Of a DNA stretch of 64,000 nucleotides, positions 1 to 27,059 are shown piece after piece. Origin of the DNA: Macrostomum lignano (lineage: Eukaryota). The translations under genes were made by a program, and so were the position numbers. The stretch lies in contig NIVC01001601.1 of the NCBI GenBank assembly GCA_002269645.1, positions 310,001 to 374,000 of the forward strand, given 5' to 3'. Every line of letters starts with the position of its first letter. The first letter of the stretch is position 1. Below the pieces are notes generated by a model. That model worked only from the letters and a program-made list of their open reading frames with translations, was not told where the DNA came from and made no database searches.

Positions 1-210
1 ATACATGTACATGTAAGGTTAATGGCCACCCAGTGCATAAGGTTTATCCACGAGGTCACGAGAGCGCGTTAGCTTTTATGGGCTTTAGGATAGCGTTAGG
101 TGCGGGACCCAATTGTCAGAATGTTTATTTTTTGGTTAATATTAGATGTGTCAGACTAAATGCATCAAAAATGAGTCTCCGCTATCAGCATGCCGTTGAA
201 CCGCGGGCAG

Positions 211-496
211 GTGACCATGAAGCGAGCTGACGACGCCTTTCGCGCCATTCAAGAGGCCAATCCGTGCATCGACGGGCGCAAGACTAACGTGAACCTGGCG
301 GCCATCGGTGCGAAGCCGCGCCGCATTCCCAGCGGTGAGCGGGCGGCTCTCGGGATTGAGTGTTGGGGTATTGCTGGGCCTGCTGACTGCTCCCCACACC
401 CAGTTAATGAGGTTCATTTGCACTGATTTCAGCCCAACAACAGGCTCTGACTGTTGCAAGACTGCAAGCTGCCGGGTAAGTGCATATCTGCATGTG

Positions 497-556
<60 letters not shown>

Positions 557-597
557 CATCTATCTATCTATCTATCTATCCATCTATCTATCTATCC

Positions 598-631
<34 letters not shown>

Positions 632-640
632 TTATCTATA

Positions 641-681
<41 letters not shown>

Positions 682-693
682 GTCTATCTATCC

Positions 694-767
<74 letters not shown>

Positions 768-772
768 CTATA

Positions 773-849
<77 letters not shown>

Positions 850-3357
850 GACTATCAATCACACAAAGGTGTGCAAATTATCCACTAATTGTGTCCATAC
901 GAAGCCAGCAGTCCGTAGGCTCTTAACACCAACAGCCCGGGTCTGTCCGACCGCGGCATAGTGGGGGAGGCAGCAGCAACAACTTATAATTGCCGAATCC
1001 TTCCTCATCGCGGCAGTCACGGACAGCCAGCAGCTGAAATTTCTACCCGGCATGGTTAGCAAAAATCAGAAACAAATAATTCCCAGACAGCCTGACTGAC
1101 AGGCGCAAATGTATTTTATAATGCAGCGGAGAGAGCTGCTTTTCAAGTTCGCGGACTGCTTCGCCTCCAGTGGAATGGCGCACCAGAAGTGCACCAATTC
1201 AGAGATCGTCCTGAATGGCTTTATGCTGAAGAACTGATCGACTGATCGAGCTTAAAACTTAACAAACTCGAATCTTCACAGAAATGGAAATCGAACTGCA
1301 AGCTCTGCACCCCGGCTTACACATGTATAATCGCCGAAAATATGCTTTGCTTATCTTCTCATAAGCAACCTTAAACAGGAGGAGCCAATTGTCTTCTCCT
1401 CCAGAGCTAAATGTAGTACAGAGCCCTGCTTATCTCTGACAGCTCAATCAGGGGCTTAACGTATTTAGTTTTGCGTTCCGGCAGATCCGATTTGTGAACA
1501 GCACAGATGGCTTGGATCACAGGGGAATTCCTGTGCGGGGGGTAAATTTTATTCCTGTTTTTCTACTGTAAGTAGAAGGTGTGGAAATTTTCGGCCTGAA
1601 TTGATGCTCCAGCTTACACCTGTTCCTTATAGGCTCCATCAGCCTTTCTCACCTGCCTGCTCTGCGCCATATTACCACTGTCATCAGCTGCTCGCCGCCA
1701 GCACCGCCGTCGGGGGGCTGGTTTCCATGGCAACCGGGCCTCAGCTGGCAGCCGCCGCGGCCGCCGCAGCCGCCGCAGCCACAGCGGCAATGAGCCCCGC
1801 GACTGCTGCGGCGGGAGCCCCCTGCTGCTACTGGCCGAGTCAGGAGCTGCCGCCTGCGGCCGCTGACTGCGGAGCCTCCGCCGCGCTGCAACTGCTTCAG
1901 GTGAGCGGCGTCAGGAAGCTGAGAGGCTAGAGTAGGTTCAAAGTGGTGTTAAAGTAAATGCAGAGTGAGGGTAGTGTGAATAGAGATTGAGAGTAGAGTA
2001 GATAGAGAGTGGTGGTAGAGTAGATAGAGAGTGAGAGTAGAGTAGATAGAGAGTGGTGGTAGAGTAGATAGAGAGTGGTGGTAGAGTAGATAGAGAGTGG
2101 TGGTAGAGTAGATAGAGAGTGGTGGTAGAGTAGATAGAGAGTGGTGGTAGAGTAGATAGAGAGTGGTGGTAGAGTAGATAATTGAGAGTGATGGTAGAGT
2201 AGATAGAGAGTGATGGTAGAGTAGATAGAGAGTGGTGGTAGAGTACATAGAGAGTGGTGGTAGAGTACATAGAGAGTGGTGGTAGAGTAGATAATTGAGA
2301 GTGATGGTAGAGTAGATAGAGAGTGGTGGTAGAGTACATAGAGAGTGGTGGTAGAGTAGATAATTGAGAGTGATGGTAGAGTAGATAGAGAGTGGTGGTA
2401 GAGTACATAGAGAGTGGTGGTAGAGTAGATAATTGAGAGTGAGAGTAGAGTAGATAAAGAGTGAGAGTAGAGTAGATAGAGAGTGATGGTAGAGTAGATA
2501 GAGAGTGATGGTAGAGTAGATAGAGAGTGAGAGTAGAGTAGATAGAGAGTGGTGGTAGAGTAGATAGAGAGTGGGAGTAGAGTAGATAGAGAGTGGTGGT
2601 AGAGTAGATAGAGAGTGAGAGTAGAGTAGATAGAGAGTGATGGTAGAGTAGATAGAGAGTGAGAGTAGAGTAGATAGAGAGTGGTGGTAGAGTAGATAGA
2701 GAGTGGTGGTAGAGTACATAGAGAGTGGTGGTAGAGTAGATAGAGAGTGGTGGTAGAGTAGATAGAGAGTGGTGGTAGAGTAGATAATTGAGAGTGATGG
2801 TAGAGTAGATAGAGAGTGGTGGTAGAGTACATAGAGAGTGAGAGTAGAGTAGATAGAGAGTGAGAGTAGAGTAGATAGAGAGTGGTGGTAGAGTAGATAG
2901 AGAGTGAGAGTAGAGTAGATAGAGAGTGATGGTAGAGTAGATAGAGAGTGATGGTAGAGTACATAGAGAGTGATGGTAGAGTAGATAGAGAGTGATGGTA
3001 GAGTAGATAGAGAGTGGTGGTAGAGTAGATAGAGAGTGGTGGTAGAGTAGATAGAGAGTGAGAATAGAGTAGATTGAGAGTGAGAGTAGAGTAGATAGAG
3101 AGGCCAGTGTGAGAAGTAGGCTCGTATCTGCCTCAGGACAGTGGGGTGCTGCACAAGGCATATCAATCATTCAATTGGCAACCGCACCTGATCGCTTCCA
3201 GACCCCGAGCTTGACTCCTCAGCTGCAGTATTACGCAATCAGCTCGCCGCAGTTCCCTACTCAGACCGTGCAGCCTCACCAGACCTGCCCCATCAACACT
3301 GCGGCGCCTGCCTACCTGCAGCAGCCGCAGCAGCACTCGATGGAGCGGAGGCAGTGA
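211..3357 (+). CDS. RBM24: RBM24/RBM38 (SUP-12/SEB-4)-like RNA-binding protein, 3' part; 5' exon(s) lie upstream of the window
   Basis: Exon 211-334 (cag|...|gtgag) encodes VTMKRADDAFRAIQEANPCIDGRKTNVNLAAIGAKPR, matching the RBM24/38 RRM end (VTM...[23 protein letters not shown]). A poly-Ala exon ends at 1900 (CAG|gtgag); its 5' boundary near 1613-1633 is unresolved because the phase implies a small intervening exon. Last exon 3142-3357 ends ...QQHSMERRQ*, like the RBM24 'ERMQ*' terminus. RBM24 versus RBM38 cannot be resolved. Confidence 0.8.
497..850. repeat. (TATC)n microsatellite in RBM24-like intron
   Basis: Direct reading; source of the spurious YLSI/IYLS ORFs. Confidence 0.97.
1985..3100. 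repeat. 22-bp purine-rich minisatellite (GAGTAGATAGAGAGTGGTGGTA)n filling the last RBM24-like intron
   Basis: Direct reading; lies between donor 1901 and acceptor 3141. Boundaries approximate. Confidence 0.95.
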
Positions 3358-4971
3358 ATTATTAATCTGCTCAACATGATGTATTGGTGAAATTTTATTT
3401 GATAAGATACACTTACAATATATTTAATAGCATCGAGACCTTTATGAAGCATTTTGGTACTACATTTGCATGGGGCTGACTCTGTTTAAAATATAGCGAA
3501 TTAAAGATTTTTTGACAACTGCTCAAGTCTATATGAACTGCACCTGTCATACTTGAGTTGCTTGAGAAATGTCAACTGCGAGAAACTTATGGTAGCAAGT
3601 ATAAAAATTTTGATTAAATTTCACAAATAATATACTACTAGCTATTTCCAGTTAGAACAGTTCTTAGTCCAGTTAGAAACTTTCTTTAACTGCGTTTCAT
3701 AGATACTTATTTCACAGACATGCTACTAACAGAAAGTAAACGAGTAGTCTCATGAACATTTATAAAAGTAGCCGTTACAACTAGAAAAAAATAAAGGCAC
3801 TTAAACGTGTTTCTATTTGCCAGTAAGCACATCAGTTTATGGCAAAGAAGTTCCGCACAAATACTTGTTTTATTTATATATTTTCTATTTTTTCACATTT
3901 AAACACATCGACACGTAATTATTTTTTATTTTTAAACGGTTTCAACAACAATACAACAGTCTGGACAAACAAATAATAAGGATTTAAAATTCAGTGCATT
4001 ATAACAACCAAAAAGACAAACAATTGGATGGCCATTGGCCGATGGTGAAACGGCGCATTTTTAATTTGAAGTTTTTAGATCTAAAAAAACGAAATGTTAA
4101 GCCTGGTATGGGGGCTAGGATGGCTTTAGCGGTTTAAAATAGTAGCTATTTGATTTTTGTGGAATTTAGTTAGCCAAATATAGTGTTTTATTTTTTGACT
4201 GTTAATTATTTATTCCGACTTTTTCAGATAAAAGTATATAGCATGAATACTTGCTCGTATTATGCTAGTAATCTAGCTACTACATATATTTGTAATTAAT
4301 AATAATTATAATAATAATAGTATAAGGAATAAAATTTAATAATAGTTTCATATAATCATAATAAAGCATGCATATATTTGTAATAATAACTGTTTTATTT
4401 AAAACAGTATATATGTACTTCATTGAAGCGCAAAATTTTTTTCAAACAAAAGTAAAGACGCACTTTAATTACCCTAAATAAGTTAGAAAGCAGCTAGAAT
4501 TAAATTTGTTTCAAGGAATGTGGGTTATTTGATAATATCAAAGAAACAACAGCAAATGACGCACGGTAATATACGTGTAAGTTTCGTATTTGTTCATCTG
4601 GTGCTATTAGCTTATAAAGAAATTAAAAAATAATTAAAGAAATATTTAATATTTAAACGCACAAATTTAGAATAAGAATTTCAATATGCTATTTAATGTA
4701 TCGATAGCATTTGAATTCACTGAAGAATGTAGATATTTTTTTTTAATTTAATGCAAGTCTTCTCACCTCCAGATCTACTTGCAGTATGTTGCAGTCATAT
4801 ACTACACGTACTACACGAAGGCATGTACTACACGTCTCATTGGCTTGAATTTCGTAAACGCTTTGTGCGCTAAAAACGCTTCTAATTCCCAATGCTAGCG
4901 TTAAAAATAGTCTGTTTAAAGGTTCAAATTAAGGTTTCAATTTTTTTAACTTCAATCGTCGCGCAGTCCTG

Positions 4972-19648
<14,677 letters not shown>

Positions 19649-20011
19649 TCTCGATGCGATATTCGATGGCTTTGGGTGCTCAGCTGCAGTTGTCGGTTCT
19701 CTGCAGATCCAACAGACAGGCGCACAGAGTGGAACAATGCTCTCGGAACCAACAATGAGGCACCGGGCCAGCGGAGCGCCCAGATGAATCTGCGACTGAC
19801 TCTGCACGGTCCAATGGGCAAGCCGTGGCGTGCAGAAAAAATGCAATAGTTATTTTCCCCGATTCCGGATGCTGGAAGCTTCATCAGAGAGGCAGACTCA
19901 GCCAATCCAGTGCAGATTTGGTACAGTTATTGGACCGTGAATTTTGTTGGCTAAATGAAATTATTTTGGCCTGAGTGCCACATCGTTTGGCTGACGTTTC
20001 AATGCCTGGCA

Positions 20012-22720
20012 TAGTGTCTGTGCTAGTGTCTGCTGGTGTCTGTGCTAGTGTCTGTGCTAGTGTCTGTGCTAGTGCCTGTGCTAGTGTCTGCTGGTGTCTG
20101 TGCTAGTGTCTGTGCTAGTGTCTGTGCTAGTGCCTGTGCTAGTGTCTGTGCTAGTGTCTGTGCTAGTGTCTGTGCTAGTGTCTGTGCTAGTGTCTGTGCT
20201 AGTGTCTGTGCTAGTGCCTGTGCTAGTGTCTGTGCTAGTGTCTGTGCTAGTGTCTGCTGGTGTCTGTGCTAGTGTCTGCTGGTGTCTGTGCTAGTGTCTG
20301 TGCTAGTGTCTACTGGTGTCTGTGCTAGTGTCTGTGCTAGTGTCTGTGCTAGTGCCTGTGCTAGTGTCTGTGCTAGTGTCTGTGCTAGTGTCTGTGCTAG
20401 TGTCCGTGCTAGTGCCTGTGCTAGTGTCTGTGCTAGTGTCTGTGCTAGTGCCTGTGCTAGTGTCTGTGCTAGTGTCTGTGCTAGTGTCTGTGCTAGTGTC
20501 TGTGCTAGTGTCTGTGCTAGTGTCTGTGCTAGTGTCTGTGCTAGTGTCTGCTGGTGTCTGTGCTAGTGTCTGTGCTAGTGTCTACTGGTGTCTGTGCTAG
20601 TGTCTGTGCTAGTGTCTGTGCTAGTGCCTGTGCTAGTGTCTGCTGGTGTCTGTGCTAGTGCCTGTGCTAGTGTCTGTGCTAGTGTCTGTGCTAGTGTCTG
20701 TGCTAGTGTCTGTGCTAGTGTCTGTGCTAGTGTCTGTGCTAGTGCCTGTGCTAGTGTCTGTGCTAGTGTCTGTGCTAGTGTCTGCTGGTGTCTGTGCTAG
20801 TGTCTGCTGGTGTCTGTGCTAGTGTCTGTGCTAGTGTCTACTGGTGTCTGTGCTAGTGTCTGTGCTAGTGTCTACTGGTGTCTGTGCTAGTGTCTGTGCT
20901 AGTGTCTGTGCTAGTGCCTGTGCTAGTGTCTGTGCTAGTGTCTGTGCTAGTGTCTGTGCTAGTGTCCGTGCTAGTGCCTGTGCTAGTGTCTGTGCTAGTG
21001 TCTGTGCTAGTGTCTGTGCTAGTGTCTGTGCTAGTTTCTGTGCTAGTGTCTGTGCTAGTGTCTGTGCTAGTGTCTGTGCTAGTGTCTGCTGGTGTCTGTG
21101 CTAGTGTCTGCTGGTGTCTGTGCTAGTGTCTGTGCTAGTGTCTACTGGTGTCTGTGCTAGTGCCTGTGCTAGTGTCTGTGCTAGTGTCTGTGCTAGTGTC
21201 TGCTGGTGTCTGTGCTAGTGTCTGTGCTAGTGTCTGCTGGTGTCTGTGCTAGTGCCTGTGCTAGTGTCTGCTGGTGTCTGTGCTAGTGTCTGTGCTAGTG
21301 TCTGTGCTAGTGTCTGTGCTAGTGTCTTCTGGTGTCTGTGCTAGTGTCTGCTGGTGTCTGTGCTAGTGTCTGTGCTAGTGTCTGTGCTGGTGTCTGTGCT
21401 AGTGTCTGTGCTAGTGCCTGTGCTAGTGTCTGTGCTAGTGTCTGTGCTAGTGTCTGTGCTAGTGTCTGTGCTAGTGCCTGTGCTAGTGTCTGTGCTAGTG
21501 TCTGTGTTAGTGTCTGCTGGTGTCTGTGCTAGTGTCTGTGCTAGTGTCTGTGCTAGTGTCTGTGCTAGTGTCTGTGCTAGTGTCTACTGGTGTCTGTGCT
21601 AGTGTCTGTGCTAGTGTCTTCTGGTGTCTGTGCTAGTGTCTGCTGGTGTCTGTGCTAGTGTCTGTGCTAGTGTCTGTGCTAGTGTCTGTGCTAGTGCCTG
21701 TGCTAGTGTCTGTGCTAGTGTCTGTGCTAGTGTCTGTGCTAGTGTCTGTGCTAGTGTCTGTGCTAGTGTCTGTGCTAGTGCCTGTGCTAGTGTCTGTGCT
21801 AGTGTCTGTGTTAGTGTCTGCTGGTGTCTGTGCTAGTGTCTGTGCTAGTGTCTGCTGGTGTCTGTGATAGTGTCTGTGCTAGTGCCTGTGCTAGTGTCTG
21901 TGCTAGTGTCTGTGATAGTGTCTGTGCTAGTGTCTGTGCTAGTGTCTGTGCTAGTGTCTGTGCTAGTGTCTGTGCTAGTATCTGTGCTAGTGTCTGTGCT
22001 AGTGTCTGTGCTAGTGTCTGCTGGTGTCTGTGCTAGTGCCTGTGCTAGTGTCTGCTGGTGTCTGTGCTAGTGTCTGTGCTAGTGTCTTCTGGTGTCTGTG
22101 CTAGTGTCTGCTGGTGTCTGTGCTAGTGTCTTCTGGTGTCTGTGCTAGTGTCTGCTGGTGTCTGTGCTAGTGTCTGTGCTAGTGTCTACTGGTGTCTGTG
22201 CTAGTGTCTGTGCTAGTGTCTGCTGGTGTCTGTGCTAGTGTCTGCTGGTGTCTGTGCTAGTGTCTGTGCTAGTGTCTGTGCTAGTGTCTGTGCTAGTGCC
22301 TGTGCTAGTTTCTGTGCTAGTTTCTGTGCTAGTTTCTGTGCTAGTGTCTGTGCTAGTGTCTGTGCTAGTGTCTGTGCTAGTGTCTGTGCTAGTGTCTGTG
22401 CTAGTGTCTTCTGGTGTCTGTGCTAGTGTCTGCTGGTGTCTGTGCTAGTGTCTGTGCTAGTGTCTACTGGTGTCTGTGCTAGTGTCTGTGCTAGTGTCTA
22501 CTGGTGTCTGTGCTAGTGTCTGTGCTAGTGTCTGCTGGTGTCTGTGCTAGTGTCTGCTGGTGTCTGTGCTAGTGTCTGTGCTAGTGTCTGTGCTAGTGTC
22601 TGTGCTAGTGTCTGTGCTAGTGTCTGTGCTAGTGCCTGTGCTAGTTTCTGTGCTAGTGTCTGTGCTAGTGTCTGTGCTAGTATCTGTGCTAGTGTCTGTG
22701 CTAGTGTCTGTGCTAGTGTT
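20012..22720. repeat. 12-bp satellite (GTGTCTGTGCTA)n, about 2.7 kb, between the two VGLUT genes
   Basis: Direct reading; recurring 10-bp variant GTGTCTGCTG. Confidence 0.97.
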
Positions 22721-22883
22721 ATTAGCGCGCTTGAATGTGTTCAATAGTCAGCGAAACCGGCAAAATCGCATCAGTGCATCAGTCTTGAAAAAAGTTGAAA
22801 GTGATATTCAGATTATCGAATTTATGCTGTATATTTTACTGTAGCGGCTGTGTCAGCACAGCGCTGCATTGTTGGACACTGCA

Positions 22884-25800
22884 TCAGCTTTGCTGCACAA
22901 AATTTGCCCTGGTGGGGAATAGTGGCGACTTGCTGAAGTCCGCTGGAGTGGCATCAGCAACGTTACGAGACGTGTCATCTTCTAGCGCTTCGAAAACTTC
23001 CTCGTTGTCGTATCCGACATCCTTGAACGCGGTGGCGGTGGGTGTCGGCGGCTTCCAGGGCTCCTCGTCTGCCGGCGCCTCGGCCCAGGACTGCTTCTCA
23101 CCTGAGGCGAACATGGCGTAGAAAATCACCCCGACAAAGTTGATGATCGACGTGATGAGGAACACGTTTGACCAGGAGGCTCGAGACTGGGGGTTTGGAT
23201 GGTGTTCACGATCACCAAAGCTTCACAATCACCAATTAACTTCACAATCACCAAAGCTTCACTATCACCAAGCTTTACAATTTCCCCAAGCTTAAAAATA
23301 GTCAGAGCTTCACAATCACCAATTAACTTCAAAACGCCAAAGTGTCACAATCACCAAAGCTTCACAATCACAAAGCTTCACAATCACAAAGCTTCACAAT
23401 ACCCAAAGCTTCACCTTCACCAATTAACTTCACAATCGCAAGGCTTCACAATCACCAATTTGTTTCACAAACACCAAAGCTTCACAATCTCCAAGCTTCA
23501 CAATCACAAAGCTTCACAAACACCAACGCTCCACAATCACCAAAGCTTCACAATCACCAAAGCTTCACAATCACCAACGCTTCACAATCACCAAAGCTTC
23601 ACAATCACCAAAGCTTCACAATCACCAACGCTTCACAATCCTCAAGTTCACCATAGAATGTGTAAAGAGGATAGAAGCAAAAAGGATGTATAAAAGTTGT
23701 TAAAAGTGGAAAGCAAAACCAAAATTTTTGTTACACCGTACGCTTACCCTGTCCTTAACCAATTGCATGGTAACAATTGGCACTAGAATAGAGCCCACAG
23801 TGCCAATGCCATTTGACAAACCCATTAGACAGCTAGCATAGCGAGGCGCAATGTCCAGGTGGTTCGCATTGTAGCCTGGTGGTTAAGAAAATGTTCAAAT
23901 TATCCTACTGAAAGTAGCACACAGCTCGTGTCGAAAGAACAGCGAGAATCCTACCGGCCATGCAGCAGCCGCTGAATCCAACCCCGATGATCATGCAGAC
24001 GGTGGCCGTGGTGGCATCGCTGGTGTGCCCGACGCCCAGTAGGAAAAGACCTCGAACACCGAAGCCTGCGATTACATACCTCAATGCATTGAATAACTAT
24101 ATTTGGCAACGGGAAGGTCTACTTGACATTTGACAGCTCACCCAAGGTGTTGAAGATTTTCCTGACAGCTGTGGTTGAAAGCCATCGCTTTCTGAGCTCG
24201 TCAGCGATCACGCCGCTGACTGGCACCACTACAGACATGACAAGGTGGGGCAGAGAGGCAAAGAAGCCACTCTGAAAAATATTTGTGGGACTTTTACTCA
24301 TATAATTGGTCCTAATGCTATCCTAGTGCCGAATTAATACTTAGCGGCGTGGTTAAAGCATTAATCGCCTTGGACGTTGGCTCTAACTTGAAATTATCTA
24401 AATTGCCTGATTCCATATTTAACCTTATTTCTACCTTGGACATGCCGTAGCCGAAAACGTCGTCGAAATATTTAGTTGGCTCCGTGATCATGAGATAGAA
24501 TGTCCAGTTTCGAACGAAATTGGCCACTATGATGGCGTAGACAGGCATTGAGGTGAATATTTTCAGCCATAGAGCTGGGCTAATCTGAAAATTTGTCGCA
24601 GATAAACTGATCGTCTTCTTGGCTGGTTACGATAGCAATATCCAAGCGTTTGAATTGGTAGGCTTCTAATATTCATAAAGTATTCGGAGATTGCACTCGA
24701 TCAATGACACTCATTCACTTAGGTGAGTCAGCTTGCCTCAAGAGTTCAACATGACCCCAATGAAGGACCCTGGCTACGCCCACCCCTGATGCTAAAACGT
24801 CACCACTCGGATCAACCAGTGGGTGGCTTCAAAGCACAGGGAGAGGTGCATGGCTAACGGCCCCGACTGCCGGCAATCCCGCGCGGCTGTCCCCTGTCCT
24901 TCCTCCGCCCTCCGCAGGGCCCTGCTTGAACTCAACCGCAGGGAAATCAGGGCAGTGAGCATGGCTCTCTCGGAACATGGCTGTTTTGTCAGGCATCGCC
25001 ACTTCCAGGGAAATCTGTAGTACCGTTTTGCCTCTCTGGTGTTGAGAATGTGGGGCACTTCATCCGTAAAAGCCCCGCCTTTACTCAGGACAGGCTCACC
25101 TACGTCGTCCCAAACCCGGACCTTCCCCGACGTTTTCAGGCGCGAAAATTTCTGTTAGCTCATCCGCTACCTGAGGACTACCGGGCGAGCGACCAGCCAC
25201 CTTCTGGACTCTCCAGAAGGGAACCGCGCTGCGGGCACCGACACCACCGGAGGATGCCCGGAACCCCCTGCAGCTAAATCAAGTAAGTCAAGATTCCAAG
25301 ACACTATTGGCAAGTCTATTGCATGCTTCTGGTTCATTCACACGTCACTGAATCGCGACAGACATTGCTTGTAAGGCATTGGGAGTTGCGAAGTACATTT
25401 ACACTCATTTTTGTAAACAGATACAAAACACTGACTACGTGTTTAGAGCTGAAACTCTCGCCAATTTCTATCTCGATGTACTCCCGCTCCTCATCCGTGA
25501 TGCATCGATCGCTAGACGGCTTCTCGGATACGCAGGCTGTGAAAACGCAGAACCAAGCGACTCCGAGGGCGCCTAAGTCAATCGGTGGGAAGTATCGTTA
25601 CATACAGATGTAGTTAGCTTGTCATGCCCATTTCACCAACGACCCCTGAGCGCGCACACGGCTACACACGGCGACACACTCACATAAAGACATGTCAGCG
25701 GCTCTGGCTTTCTCTTCATCAGACTGGCCCTCGTGGGGTGGGTATAAAGCGCAAGACAAGCTCTTTGTCCGGTGTCAATTTTCGGTGTCAAAGTCGCTGC

Positions 25801-27059
25801 AGCCTCACTCACCGTATAGATAGAACATCACGGGCCAGCCGAAGCGCTCGCTAAGCCAGCCAGACGACAACAAGCCCAAGAAAGAGCCGAAGAAGCCGCC
25901 GCAGAAGACGATGGTTGACAGACGAGATCGCTCCAGAGGCGGTGCCCAGTGACTGAGGATGCCGTTGCAGGCCGGGTACGAGAAGCCCTGGGTGAGACGG
26001 GTGTCGCTTTACGTAAAACTTATACGTTGTTACTCAATCGATTAGTCGAAGCTTCAAGTTTTGGTCGGAAGCTGAAGTCCAAATGACAATTTAAAAGTCT
26101 ACTTCACTTCCCAAGAGAGTACATGAGAGTACATGCACCTGACAGCCTGCTGTCAACATTTGAACACATAAAATGATGCTGTGCAATAAAATTTGCACGA
26201 TAAGTTGGATTGAACAGTTCAAGAATATATTCGAGCGTAGTCTTCTCTGGCCAACTGTTGAATACTCGTGAAACTCATTAAAGTTTATCATGTACACTGC
26301 TTAATTACCCGCTCCACATTCGTATTCACAACGCCTCTAAGTGAACTATCGAGGACTGGTACTGTATATACTTCGACGTATGTACCAAGTGATGAAAAAT
26401 TCAAGTGGCAGCTGTTTGATCACACTGCACTTGGCTTCATTTTATGACTACTAGATTCTCAGCACCGCTCACCTCCAAGAGACCCTGCAGCACTCTAGCT
26501 ACGATGGTGAGCTCAGTGCTACTCCGAATGCACAGCGGCAGCAGTATGTTGATCACGGAGGACCCCAGAGTGGTCAAAGAGTACACCAACGTTGCCGGAT
26601 ACCTAGTGGCCACAATACCAGCTGGAATTTGTAGAACCAGATAGCCCCAGAAGTAGGAGCTCTCGACTGTGCTCAGCTGAGATGTCGACCAGTGAACGCT
26701 GGATTTCTGTCATTTCAATTGGGCGTCTTGGTGCAGAATTGTTTGAAAGATACGTCGAAAGTTCATCAGAATTTACCAAGCCATCTAATTTCTTATTTTG
26801 AATGAGGGCTGAATAGACTCACAGCAACTGAAGCACCTGCCGTAGCATTTCTTTCGGAGTCCCGAAAGTGACCCGTTGCCACGCCAATGCTGCACCTGAA
26901 TCCGAAGATAATTATCAGTCCTATGTGGCACAGAAATGCTGTCAGGTACCGTTTGAGAGAGCAGTTGCAGCAGCCGCATCTTGCTGGACAGAAGCTATCG
27001 CTAGCAAATTGAGTCAAAGGTGATCTTCTGCCGTAGCGAGCCTTAGTGCTGCTACCCAT
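22884..27059 (-). CDS. VGLUT: Vesicular glutamate transporter-like SLC17 protein, divergent paralog B, 9 exons identified, about 533 aa
   Basis: Exons: 27059(candidate ATG)-26823, 26706-26473, 25987-25813, 25572-25439, 24584-24435, 24271-24142, 24065-23955, 23875-23748, 23186-22884; GT-AG, phases consistent. Motifs [66 protein letters not shown]. True start uncertain; an acceptor lies just 5' at 27066-27067. Confidence 0.9.
23205..23645. repeat. About 17-bp minisatellite (CACAATCACCAAAGCTT)n, last intron of VGLUT-B
   Basis: Direct reading. Confidence 0.92.
24790..25290 (+). mobile_element. 5'-truncated, decayed non-LTR retrotransposon (LINE) 3' end, antisense in a VGLUT-B intron
   Basis: Broken frames read [31 protein letters not shown] / [33 protein letters not shown] / [10 protein letters not shown]. 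This resembles the C-terminal CCHC zinc knuckle and tail of LINE ORF2 (I/Loa/R1-like). A homologous copy lies at 54660-54850. Confidence 0.7.

Noticed and set aside
22830-22886. Stop-codon readthrough of VGLUT-B
   Set aside because: The context is TGA-TGC, not the leaky TGA-CTA(G), and the 15-codon extension has no recognisable motif.
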